Source of the DNA: Heterodontus francisci
Taxonomy: Eukaryota
Assembly (NCBI RefSeq): GCF_036365525.1
Contig: NC_090384.1
Location: 55,797,895-55,861,894, forward strand
Length of the DNA: 64,000 nt
Direction: 5' to 3'
In this document: positions 52,601 to 61,685 of the stretch, piece after piece
How positions within the stretch are numbered: position 1 is the first letter of the stretch
Layout of the letters: the number at the start of each line of letters is the position of its first letter
Translations under genes and position numbers: made by a program
The notes under the pieces: model-generated
What the model was told of the DNA's origin: nothing
Database searches by the model: none
The model's input: only the letters and a program-made list of their open reading frames with translations

Positions 52601-53360
52601 TGTCTATAAAGAACCATCAAGGACAAAAACCTGGGGAATATGAGGGAATCACATATCCTGTCCCCATTAGCAAGGCAACAAGGCAATCACCTGAGGTATT
52701 GAACTGGTGGAAATGAACCACTAAACCTAACCGTGTGGACAATGGGACCCTAGCCAAGAGGGGGTTCCTAGACATGAACGTATCAAGCTATAATGGACAT
52801 GCCTTAAACCCAATCACTTGAACAATGGGACCTTAGCTGTGAGAGGGGGATTCCCAGACATGAATTGATTAAGTTACAAGAGGGAATACACTAGTCACAA
52901 CCATGTTTGAATCACTGGGTGATGGTCATGTGATAGGCCCACCTTTCCTGTGTTTAAGCTTCTGTTTTCTGTGCAATAAGTGGACAAGTAGCTGAGACGC
53001 TGATGACAGTAGATCCAAGTAGAGTCCCTCCTTCCTCCCTCTCTCTCTCCAACCCAGCTTCGAACCCTGTTTGCTGATCATGAGCACCCAAGAATGCCCC
53101 TGCTGCAGACAGAGACTCCTTGAAAGAAATCAGCGCCACACGACTGTCTCCAGGAGAACATCAAAAACAGTTGTCTACATTTTTAAATCAGAAGCATCAT
53201 TCCCCATGAGGGAAAGTCATAAGAGCACAAATTTGGCCTGAAATCAGCCAAGTAGCCATCCTCCACAGACTGTATACCCCTTTTATTTCCCTGGACTCTA
53301 ATTTGACCAATCTATTCTTCCCCACTCTGTAATCTATTTGTGTGCATGTGTGAACTTCGA

Positions 53361-53391
<31 letters not shown>

Positions 53392-54670
53392 GAAGTCAGA
53401 ACGTATTTTATTTAGATCGGTTTAGGTATAATAAAGCAAACCACTTTCTTTGTTAAACTCAAGAAAACCTGTCCGATTGGCTCTTTTATGATCACAGCAC
53501 GTAAACAGTTAAACACTGTCTGAATTGAAAAGCTTATCCTGTTCAAAAACATAAACCTGTTGCAGTCAAACAAGGAGAGGAACCATTTGACCCCTCCTCC
53601 CCTGATCGTAACAAGATACTTAAATAAAACATTGATACTCTTCTGAATGCAAAGCTTTAACTCTTTCCTAAAGATCTACAACACAAAGAAAATTGTTTTC
53701 CTATATTTTCTTCCAGAATGCACTGCGTTATACTGGTGCACACCAAATTTAATCTGATACAATTCCTCTAAATGTCACGTGTTATCTAGTTAATTCTCAT
53801 AGTATCCTTGACCCCGTCAGACCCAACTCTCCATTACCTGAAGTTGACCATCTGCAAATTTAAACCACTCTACATTACAGTTTCTGAATTCATGTTGCTG
53901 ATATAAATTGAAACACTCACACACCAGCAACACAACACCTCAACAAGTACCTACTGCTTTCTTCCATTTTGGTCATTCAAAATAAATCTATTTTCAGGCT
54001 TTGCTTTTCAGTAGTTCTGACATTAAAGGATCAATTCTGTTGCTGTCTTAATTTTGTGAATACTGGCAAATACTCTAGCGAAAGTGAAGCCGAATTGTTG
54101 AGGTCATGTCTGTAATCCCCTCCTTCCAGGGACAGGTGAAGTAAGGTTAGCCTCCTCATGCACTTTTATACCAAGGCAGGTGAAAGTGCACCAACAAATA
54201 ACAAACATCATTGAAAATTTATTATTGAAAATTCATAGTTGGGTTTATTCCATCCAGTAACTAAACTCGTTAGTAGATCCATCCAACAGTTAAGGTCCGA
54301 GGATAAAAATAGCTTTAGTAAAAGTGATGCAATCGGAAGATTGTGCGCTTTCAGTTCCAGGTTTTCTGAGGGACGAGGCGGGGACAAAGTGTGAGTTTTG
54401 TCCAAATAAGGCAAACAGAAGGCGCTCGATGACAAACCGCAGCAAGACTCGATCCTGCAGCAAAACAAAACCCCACCCTGTAACCCGGCCTGGCAGCGGC
54501 CGGCCATGGGAAACAGAAGATTAACTTTCTGTTCTGCCACTGCCATGTTGAGATTAAATAACTGAAGTAAACAGTTGACACAACATGTTACCTGAGGGTG
54601 AAAATAAGAGGGTGACAGCGCTCAACGTTAGGAAGACTTTTGCGGCGTAAAATCCAGCAACAGGCGGCAT
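16290..54670 (-). CDS. NCR3LG1-like: B7-H6/NCR3LG1-like type I membrane IgSF protein, SP-V-C1-TM-(C1-like)x4, 8 coding exons, 714 aa
   Basis: Exon lengths 79+348+321+108+324+327+321+317 = 2145 nt, open throughout; every intron is GT-AG and phase 1. V and C1 motifs ([29 protein letters not shown]; [13 protein letters not shown]; NDDGTFN; [14 protein letters not shown]) match B7-H6 as I recall it. Orthology not tested. Confidence 0.85.
18920..19272 (-). mobile_element. tRNA-derived V-SINE (HE1-like)
   Basis: A box TGGCGCAGTGG, B box GGGTTCGATTC, (CTAAT)n tail. Confidence 0.85.
20470..20601 (+). mobile_element. Short hammerhead-bearing Penelope-type repeat
   Basis: CTGATGA...GAAACGTT plus the family tail. 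Confidence 0.65.
22960..23280 (-). CDS. NCR3LG1-like: Exon 7: post-TM C1-like Ig domain 3 (no cysteines)
   Basis: Acceptor tttatttcag|TG, donor AAAG|GTAAGG, 321 nt. STLHS (B-strand Cys lost), [26 protein letters not shown]. Confidence 0.88.
23538..23864 (-). CDS. NCR3LG1-like: Exon 6: post-TM C1-like Ig domain 2
   Basis: Acceptor ttttgcag|TA, donor CAAG|GTAAGA, 327 nt. [32 protein letters not shown]. Confidence 0.9.
25351..25674 (-). CDS. NCR3LG1-like: Exon 5: post-TM C1-like Ig domain 1
   Basis: Acceptor cttcag|TG, donor CAGG|GTAAAG, 324 nt. [23 protein letters not shown] (Ile in place of F-strand Cys). Confidence 0.88.
26448..26570. repeat. Imperfect 32-43 bp tandem repeat, core AATGTATTTAC, 4 copies
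   Basis: Cores at 26448, 26481, 26513 and 26556 (last one degenerate). Confidence 0.7.
26681..26788 (-). CDS. NCR3LG1-like: Exon 4: stalk and transmembrane helix [36 protein letters not shown]
   Basis: Not in the ORF track; read by hand. Acceptor ttttaattgcag|AG, donor AAAG|GTAAGG, 108 nt, phase 1-1; about 22 hydrophobic residues followed by basic stop-transfer residues. Confidence 0.9.
27299..28132. mobile_element. Harbinger-type MITE with 3-bp TSD
   Basis: GGGCTGGATTTT / AAAATTCAGCCC, TSD ATT; empty site visible in the paralogous segment near 25100. Confidence 0.85.
28212..28615 (+). mobile_element. SacSINE/Deu-SINE-like tRNA SINE
   Basis: GGCTCAGTGGTAGCA...CTCTGAGTCAGAAGG head; GGGAGCTTGCTATGTGCAAATTGG core; second copy at 34687-35025. 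Confidence 0.7.
28663..29379. mobile_element. hAT (Charlie-like) non-autonomous element
   Basis: CAGTGGTTGTCAA...TTGAATACCAGTTG with 8-bp TSD ACCTACAC / ACCTACAA. Confidence 0.65.
29720..30399. mobile_element. Harbinger-type MITE, inverted relative of 27299-28132, left end eroded
   Basis: Right TIR AAAATTCAGCCC; internal blocks are reverse complements of 27299-28132 and 33838-34616. Confidence 0.6.
30869..31189 (-). CDS. NCR3LG1-like: Exon 3: extracellular IgC1 domain
   Basis: Acceptor ttgtatgcag|CT, donor ACAG|GTATGT. C1-set motifs [24 protein letters not shown] with both cysteines; sequons NGS, NKS, NAT. Confidence 0.93.
31281..31960 (+). mobile_element. 3' end of a non-LTR retrotransposon (RT C-terminus and 3' UTR)
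   Basis: [18 protein letters not shown]...[14 protein letters not shown]; A-rich tail. Confidence 0.8.
33838..34616. mobile_element. Harbinger-type MITE (family of 27299-28132)
   Basis: GGGCTGGATTTT / AAAATCTAGCCC; shares internal blocks with 27299-28132. Confidence 0.75.
34687..35025 (+). mobile_element. SacSINE/Deu-SINE-like tRNA SINE
   Basis: Similar to 28212-28615. Confidence 0.65.
35131..35478 (-). CDS. NCR3LG1-like: Exon 2: IgV domain (B7-H6-like)
   Basis: Acceptor ttttttccgtatag|AT, donor TTAG|GTAACG. B-strand LLRC, C-strand IQW, GNASL, EGQYTC; sequons NHS and NAS. Confidence 0.93.
35990..37330 (+). mobile_element. CR1-type LINE 3' half (degenerate)
   Basis: [50 protein letters not shown]; CR1 3' UTR. 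Confidence 0.85.
38599..39850 (-). mobile_element. LTR (38599-39446) with adjoining internal remnant
   Basis: TGTTACA...ATGACA termini; resembles the LTRs at 13303 and 48866 (CAGGTTTTCTT, TTTATT blocks). Confidence 0.6.
39900..47965 (+). mobile_element. Near full-length decayed CR1 LINE (ORF1 zinc finger, zipper and esterase; ORF2 EN/RT), interrupted by a Tx1 LINE and a MITE (about 46360-46980)
   Basis: CCTCMMWEL...CSKC...LRVDELE; [10 protein letters not shown]; [13 protein letters not shown]; [10 protein letters not shown]; (TTATG)n-type tail near 47950. Confidence 0.85.
41176..45697 (+). mobile_element. L1/Tx1-clade LINE, 5'-truncated, ORF2 (EN-RT-zinc finger) disrupted
   Basis: LINVYAP, GGDFNC, SRIDF; [19 protein letters not shown]; [10 protein letters not shown]; AATAAA 45668-45673 then an A tract. 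Confidence 0.9.
48866..49939. mobile_element. Solo LTR
   Basis: TGTTAG...GTGACA with 4-bp TSD AAGT (48862-48865 and 49940-49943). Confidence 0.8.
51908..52375. mobile_element. hAT-type MITE with (ACCCG)n subterminal repeats, nested in a Harbinger MITE (about 51250-52599)
   Basis: TIR TAGAGGCCT / AGGCCTCTA; 8-bp TSD CCAGCAGT / CCAGCATT; host ends AAAATCCAGCCC at about 52599. Confidence 0.75.
52601..53613 (+). mobile_element. LTR related to 48866-49939, in opposite orientation
   Basis: Right end TTTGACCCCTCCT...TGATCGTAACA is the reverse complement of the 48866 terminus; internal ~84-bp duplication and (TG)n at about 53365-53391. Left end uncertain. Confidence 0.65.
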
Positions 54671-55013
54671 TCCTGCTGAGTTAGAAAGAACGAAAATCTT
54701 GCGACAGATAGTTCGATCCCTTTCGCTGTGATTGTTTAAACCTGGCTGTAAAATGACACCGAGCGCAGCTCCCGGTCTGCCTGTCATATATCTCTCCGGT
54801 GACCACTTCTCACCCCACCTCTTCCTCTGGAATAAAGGCGACAACTTCCACCGAACTCTCAATAACCTTAAAAAGCACTGTGTCTTTCAGTAAACTTACT
54901 GGATGTGTCATTACCTACTTTCCTTAAAAATCAGGAACTGAAACTGTCAGTATGTTGCATTTTGCGGTAACAAAGTGTTAATTTATTTTACCCTCAGGGA
55001 GTCTTTCGGTTTC
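54080..55013 (-). promoter_or_regulatory. Putative promoter and first-intron enhancer with IRF/ISRE and ETS-IRF composite motifs
   Basis: Plus-strand text: TTTCGGTTTC 55004-55013; GGAACTGAAACT 54934-54945; TTTCAGTTCC 54349-54358; GAAAGTGAAG 54080-54089; GC box GAGGCGGGG 54375-54383; CpG-retaining block around exon 1. Confidence 0.55.
54592..54670 (-). CDS. NCR3LG1-like: Exon 1: signal peptide [26 protein letters not shown]
   Basis: ATG at 54670-54668 with purine at -3; basic residue then hydrophobic core; phase-1 donor TCAG|GTAACA fits the phase of the V exon; sits in a CpG-containing, repeat-free block. Confidence 0.75.
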
Positions 55014-55114
55014 GTGCACTTCAGCAGCTCCACTGTTTTCTCTGACTTGCCAAACACAGATTGAAAGCCTAGATTTGATGTTAATCTACCTCTCATTTCA
55101 GTAATGATTATTAT

Positions 55115-55248
55115 TAAAAGCAAAATACTGCGGATGCTGGAAATCTGAAACAAAAACAAGAAATGCTGGATTCACTCAGCAGGTCTGGCAGCATCTGTGG
55201 AAAGAGAAGCAGAGTTAACGTTTCGGGTCAGTGACCCTTCTTTGGAAG
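55115..55248 (-). mobile_element. Short hammerhead-bearing Penelope-type repeat
   Basis: Reverse complement of the 7935-8070 block; flanked by direct repeat GATTATTATT. Confidence 0.7.
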
Positions 55249-57446
55249 GATTATTATTGAGATGGATTTAAGGCAGCAAAATGAATTGACAGCAATCATA
55301 GGGGTGCATTATTACAGCCAAATATGCCCCACCCCAGAAAAGCTATAACACAGAAAAACTGCATACAACTGTTGGACCAGTTTCATTTCAACTTAATATA
55401 TTGTGATATGATCTGCTTTATTATTAATGTAGTGTGTAAACATTGCACAGACTCATTTCTTAATGTATTTTATAGTAATCTTGTCTTTTATTGAACGAGA
55501 AGGGCTATGTGGGCGTACGGAGGGGCCCCAAATCTTCAAGAAACTTTAATCTAGTTTTAAATAAAAGGAATCAATCAATTGTTTTGGTGTACATGTGAAT
55601 GCGGAAGTCTCATTTCCGTGAGGGAAGGTTGGGCTTTCTAACTCCCTGTCCCATTGATGTTTCAGGGGATCAGGGGCAGAGAAAGACAACTTGTAAATGC
55701 ACTGTGCTGCAACTTCTCCATCCCAATGTTTCACAGCATCTGGTCTCACTGGGGTGCATTATTCCTGCCTGCTGTATTTCGTGCCATTTGCACTCTTCAA
55801 ATTCTGGGCACTCAAGCCACCTGTTAGGCTCCAGCATTCAGACAGAGAAGCAGAGGGGGCTTCAGGTCAAAAAGGGAAGCAGCCCTAAGTATGCCCATGG
55901 CGATGCACAGATGCTGTTCACTGAAACCAATATTTTCCATTTTTGAGAAGCATTTTAACACCAGGCAGTTGCTGGCCATCATTTTCTCTCACTTTCTTTC
56001 CCCCTCCAGGCCTGCCACTGGAGGCCTAACCCCCTGGCAGAGACTGGGGAACCTGCTCCTGTGTGTAAATGACCCTGGGGCAAGAGATATTGTTGGAATC
56101 AGCAGTGCATCTCCAGGGTGGGCTCCAGTTCTGATGAAAGGTCATCAACTTGAAATGTTCACTCATTCTCTGTCCACAGATGCTGTTTGACCTGCTGAGT
56201 TTTTCCAGAATTTTCTGGGTTTTTTTGGTGATTTTATGTGGCCATTTTGTCTCGTATTCTTCTCTTGCAGCTTAACATCATAGTTAGGACCTAAAGAGCT
56301 GAGAAGAGATTAAGTGCTGAAGAACAGGCAGGCTCAGACAGTGATGTGCTTGAAAGATTCATAATGCTTTCCCAGAGGAGCTGAGGTTTACTAACTTTGA
56401 GTAATTGCCAAACACAAGTTGATTTTCATATATACATTGAATTTCATTGATCAGGGAAAAAGTCCAGAGATGTAAAGAAAAGAGCCCTGAGATTTATGCT
56501 TACGAGTTAAACTGTAAAGTTCTTTAACCGGTGACCTCACTGATGATTTTCCCTTCTTTCCTGTGAGAGAGTGCTACTCTTATATTATCGTCAAGATCTG
56601 CAAGGAGTTAGAAAAGAACACATGGCTGCACTTGTCCATTCTATTATTCTGTTCTACATATTGGAACCCCAGCAAGAGGGTCTTCATGCTACCAGGGATC
56701 TTAGAAAATTGGCCCTTATTTGTGTTAAACAGTCAAGTCAGAATGTATCTTTTTGCAGCTGGAGGCCTAATATTTATACTTGCAGTGTACTAAAACGATT
56801 TCTATAATACTCAGCAGAAATGGTTATTGGAGTTACTGCACATGAACAGTAGTAGCCTAGATGTTCCAATCACCCATAAGCTGGGTCAGAATTCAGGTAT
56901 TGTGGGAAGTGTCTGACCATTAGTACACTGAACCCACAGCTTCATTAACATGAAATAATGAAGAATCACAAACACCTGTGTTTGGGAGCTCACCCTTCGC
57001 AGGATGGGAAATTAGATGCTACTTCAGGACTTAAAGGCCTGGAATCCTCTTTATAGCTGCGTAACTTGTTCACTACCAATTGTGTTACTGTTTTTAAAAA
57101 AACTCACAATAAATGTAGCTTTTATTTCTCCTTCTCACTGCCTGGTCGCTGCATATAGATCAGAGCTTTGAAAAGACTGAGTAATAGATATTATGGCACA
57201 ATATTAGTATATATTCAATGACCGCAATATGACTGAAATATTGAAGCAAAAGTGTTTCATGACATATTTTCATACTGGATCATTCCAAAGATTATTTGTT
57301 TTCTTTCAAATTTTGTTACTGTTTAGAATTTCCTAATTCTTCTCCTCAAGTTCTACTCAAAAGTCAGCTTCCATAGGGGAACCTGAGTTCCCTTTTGTTG
57401 TTCCAGTATGGAAAGGATCTAGAAAGTAACAAGACCTGGGTGAATG

Positions 57447-59688
57447 AACAAAGAACAGTACAGCACAGGAACAGGCCATTCGGCCCTCCAAGCCTGCGCC
57501 GATCTTGATACCTGCCTAAACTAAAACCTTCTGCACTTCCGGGGCCCATATCCCTCTATTCCCTTCCTATTCATATATTTGTCAAGATGTCTCTTAAACG
57601 TCGCTATCATATCTGCTTCCACCACCTCCCCTGGCAGCAAGTTACAGGCACTCACCACCCTCTGTGTAAAGAACTTGCCTCGCACATCCCCTCTAAACTT
57701 TGGCCCTCGCACCTTAAACCTATGTCCCCTAGTAACTGACTCTTCCACCCTGGGAAAAAGCTTCTGACTATCCACTCTGTCCATGCCGCTCATAACTTTG
57801 TAAACCTCTATCATGTCACCCCTCCACCTCCGTCGTTCCAGTGAAAACAATCCGAGTCTATCCAACCTCTCCTCATAGCTAATGCCCTCCAGACATCCTG
57901 GTAAACCTCCTCTGTACCCTCTCCAAAGCCTCCATGTCCTTCTGGTAGTGTGGCGACCAGAATTGCACGCAATATTCTAAGTGTGGCCTAACTAAGGTTC
58001 TGTACAGCTGCAACATGCCTTGCCAATTTTTATACTCAATGCCCCGACCGATGAAGGCAAGCATGCCGTATGCCTTCTTGACTACCTTATACACCTGCAT
58101 TGCCACTTTCAGTGACCTGTGGACCTGTACGCCCAGATCTCTCTGCCTGTCAATACTCCTAAGGGTTCTGCCATTTACTGTATACCTCCGACCTGCATTA
58201 GACCTTCCAAAATGCATTACCTCACATTTGTCCGGATTAAACTCCATCTGCCATTTCTCCGCCCAAGTCTCCAACCAATCTATATCCTGCTGTATCCTCT
58301 GACAATCCTCATCATTATCCGCAACTCCACCAACCTTTGTGTCGTCCGCAAACTTACTAATCAGACCAGCGACATTTTCCTCCAAATCATTTATATATAC
58401 TACAAACAGCAGAGGTCCCAGCACTGATCCCTGCGGAACACCACTAGTCACGTCCCTCCATTCAGAAAAACACCCATCCACTGTTACCCTCTGTCTTCTG
58501 TGACTCAGCCAGTTCTGTATCCATCTTGCCAGCTCACCTCTGATCCCGTGTGACCTTTTGCACCAGTCTACCATGCGGGACCTTGTCAAAGGCTTTACTA
58601 AAGTCCATATAGACAACATCCACCGCCCTTCCCTCGTCAATCATCTTCCTCACTTCCTCAAAAAACTCAATCAAATTAGTAAGACACGACCTCCCCTTCA
58701 CAAAACCATGCTGTCTCTCACTAATAAGTTAGTTTGTTTCCAAATGGGAGTAAATCCTGTCCCGAAGAATCCTCTCTAATAGTTTCCCTACCACTGACGT
58801 AAGGCTCACCGGCCTATAATTTCCTGGATTATCCTTCCCACCCTTCTTAAACAAAGGAACAACATTGGCTATTCTCCAGTCCTCTGGGACCTCACCTGTA
58901 GCCAATGAGGATGCAAAGATTTCTGTCAAGGCCCCAGCAATTTCTTCCCTTGCCTCCCTCAGTATTCTAGGGTAGATCCCATCAGGCCCTGGGGACTTAT
59001 CTACCTTAATGCTTTGCAAGACGCCCAACACCTCCTCCTTTTTGAAAATGAGATGACTGAGACTATCTGCACTCCCTTCCCTAGGCTCATCATCCACCAA
59101 GTCCTTCTCCTTGGTGAATACTGATGCAAAGTACTCATTTAGCACCTCACCCATTTCCTCTGGCTCCACGCATAGATTCCCATCTCTGTCCTTGAGTGGG
59201 CCAACCCTTTCCCTGGTTACCCTCTTGCTCTTTATATATGTATAAAAAGCCTTGGGATTTTCCTTAATCCTGTTTGCCAATGACTTTTCATGACCCCTTT
59301 TAGCCCTCCTAACTTCTTGCTTAAGTTCCTTCCTACTGTCTTTATATTCCTCAAGTGCTTCATCTGTTCCTAGCCTTCCAGCCCTTACAAATGCTTCCTT
59401 TTTCTTTTTGACTAGGCTCACAATATCCCGTGTTATCCAAGCTTCCCGAAACTTGCCAAACTTGTCTTTCTTCCTCACAGGAACATGCTGGTCCTGGATT
59501 CTAATCAGCTGACGTTTGAAAGACTCCCACATGTCAGATGTTGATTTACCCTCAAACAGCCGCCCCCAATCTAAATTCTTCAGTTCCTGCTAATATTGTT
59601 ATAATTAGCCTTCCCCCAATTTAGCACCTTCACCCGAGGACTACTCTTATCCTTATCCACAAGTACCTTAAAACTTATGGAATTATGG
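57447..59688 (-). mobile_element. Relatively young CR1-type LINE, 5'-truncated
   Basis: Long ORF pieces 58729-59532, 57879-58640, 57521-57865: KSPGPDG, NYRPVSLT, SGVPQGSVLGP, FADD; (TGTTC)n-type tail. Confidence 0.93.
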
Positions 59689-60554
59689 AATGATGAATCA
59701 TTATTACCAAAGTATGTAGGAATTCCACATCACTTCTTACAATTATCTCCTATTTAATTTTTCAAAACAAAACTGATGTATTTATGGATACAACTACTTA
59801 CAACAGCAACTCGCGAAACTGAATTACTATTCTTCCACATGTTGAATCTGTCTCAAATATGTATGATGCATGATCACTTTTGTGTTAACCAAACATATAC
59901 CTGATGACTATTGTCACGTACATTGGAAGTGCGATGATACAACATTCATGGAGTAACTCTGAAGAGTTTTGAAAAACCCATCTCACACTTATCATTAGAA
60001 ACATTCGAGAATTGAATGTCTTCTTCTGAAACAAAGGAGGTGTGAAGTAGCCACTTCCTGGGTCATTGTGCGATCACCATGGGATAGAAGCAAGAATGTC
60101 TCTGAACAGGAGGTGGGAAGTCGCAGTTTTATCTTTAAAAAAAAGACAGCCAGAAAGAGAGAGAGAGACTGACCCAGAAGGTGAAGTTACTTATAACTGC
60201 TGGTATTCCAGCAAGCCAGACAGCACATGCCCTGCTAAACAATCTGACATCTACATCATACAGCAGAGAGAGAGCTACGTGACCCATCATCTTCAACAGA
60301 ACCTTCAATCAAGAGAGAAATCTATAATCATCGCAAGTCTGCAACCCTCTATAACTCAAGTCTCAAGAGAATTCAACAGATTTATCATAACCCTTCTCCA
60401 CCCACTAAAACCTTCCTACCTCTTTCCCTTCCCTATCTGTTTCATATGTGTGCGAGCGAGCAAATGCATGAGTGAATGCAACTGTGACGATTTCGGAATA
60501 ATGCATATTAATCAAATAGTCGTTTAGTAGTACAACTTTAGTAGTAGAACTTGA

Positions 60555-61685
60555 GTATTGCTGTAAACAGAGACATGTTGTCGAAGCTTTTCCTCTTGCA
60601 CTCATCAGGACAATCACAAGAATAACCAATGTAAGGGAAAGTAACAACTTATACTGCATGAGAAGAGAGTGCTAAATAATAGTGGCCTGAGTCATTTGTT
60701 CACCATGCAAGCTTGATGCTGAAATAAGGTGAATCAAAGACATCCTGCGTGACAATGGCTATCCTGATCAGATCATTTCTCACTGTATATCACGCAAACT
60801 TATGAATGGGCTAAGGCCGTCTTTTTCGGCCCTGACAAGTGCCCAGTCTACCTCAAATTACCCTGGAACGGTAATGTATCCCAAAAATTTGAGCAACAGG
60901 TAAAGCTAGCTGTTTCACGCTGCTACTATGCAGTAGCAACACGTGTGGTGTTCGCCACTGACAGGATTCTGCCGTCAAGTCAAAAAGACATTCTGCCTAT
61001 CACACAATTGAGTAATTTGATACATGAATTTCAATGCCAGTGTGATGCTAGGTATATAGGCCGTATAGCCCAAAGACTGGCGGATCGTATCAAACAACAT
61101 GTCCCTTCTGCTGTTTGCAACGGGCAAGGTACGGGTTGTACCTTAACAGCCCGTGCTTGCAAAACTCAAAACACAGTGTCCAACATTAAATGTGATTCCG
61201 CGATTGGACAACATTTGCTAAATATTCCACAGTGTGCTAAGAATTATGCTGATAACCAATTTAAGATTGCCAGTAGGGCTCACAGAGTGGCGCATTTGCA
61301 CATACTGGAACTTACATATAATAATACACAGGGCCCTGTTCTTTGCAGACAGAAAGAACATGTACAAACATTGCACCTGTTTCAGCTGAACAAAATAAGT
61401 GACAGCCATTTGCTGGCTCATTCCTCAGGGCAATGCCTTGACCAATCAAAGCCAAGCGGCCTGGTTTAAATTTTAAACAAAGCTTGGCAGTTCACTGTCA
61501 GTCTCTGTAAACTGGTGCATTTTCCATGACAACATCTCTACAGTCAGAGTTCACTTGCCAACCAATCAGCATTCTCTTCTCATGCAGTATAAGTTGTTGT
61601 TTTCCTTCACATTGGTTATTTTTGCGATTGTCCTGATAAGTGCAAAACGAAATGCTTTGACAACATGTTTCTTTTTTCAGCAATA
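60555..61685 (+). mobile_element. Penelope-like element 3' part (GIY-YIG endonuclease) with inverted terminal copy, inserted in the Gypsy LTR
   Basis: ORF 60945-61469 LIHEFQCQCDARYIGR...RIKQH...SAIGQHL; 60570-60673 is the reverse complement of about 61568-61670. Confidence 0.85.
60578..60613 (-). ncRNA. Minimal type I hammerhead ribozyme motif
   Basis: Minus strand TTGTC-CTGATGA-GTGCAAGAG-GAAA-AGCT-TC-GACAA: 5-bp stem I, intact core, palindromic AAGCTT stem III; stem II weak. Confidence 0.6.

Noticed and set aside
53915-53976. Alternative leader exon [18 protein letters not shown]
   Set aside because: No hydrophobic core, and the GTGAGT donor would be phase 2.
54671-54862. N-terminal extension from the upstream in-frame ATG (about 54787)
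   Set aside because: Hydrophilic and would displace a good signal peptide; likely 5' UTR, but cannot be excluded without a TSS.
56245-56810. Plus-strand exon-like segments suggesting a divergent gene
   Set aside because: An acceptor-like site exists at 56270 but all frames stop early and no protein family is recognisable.
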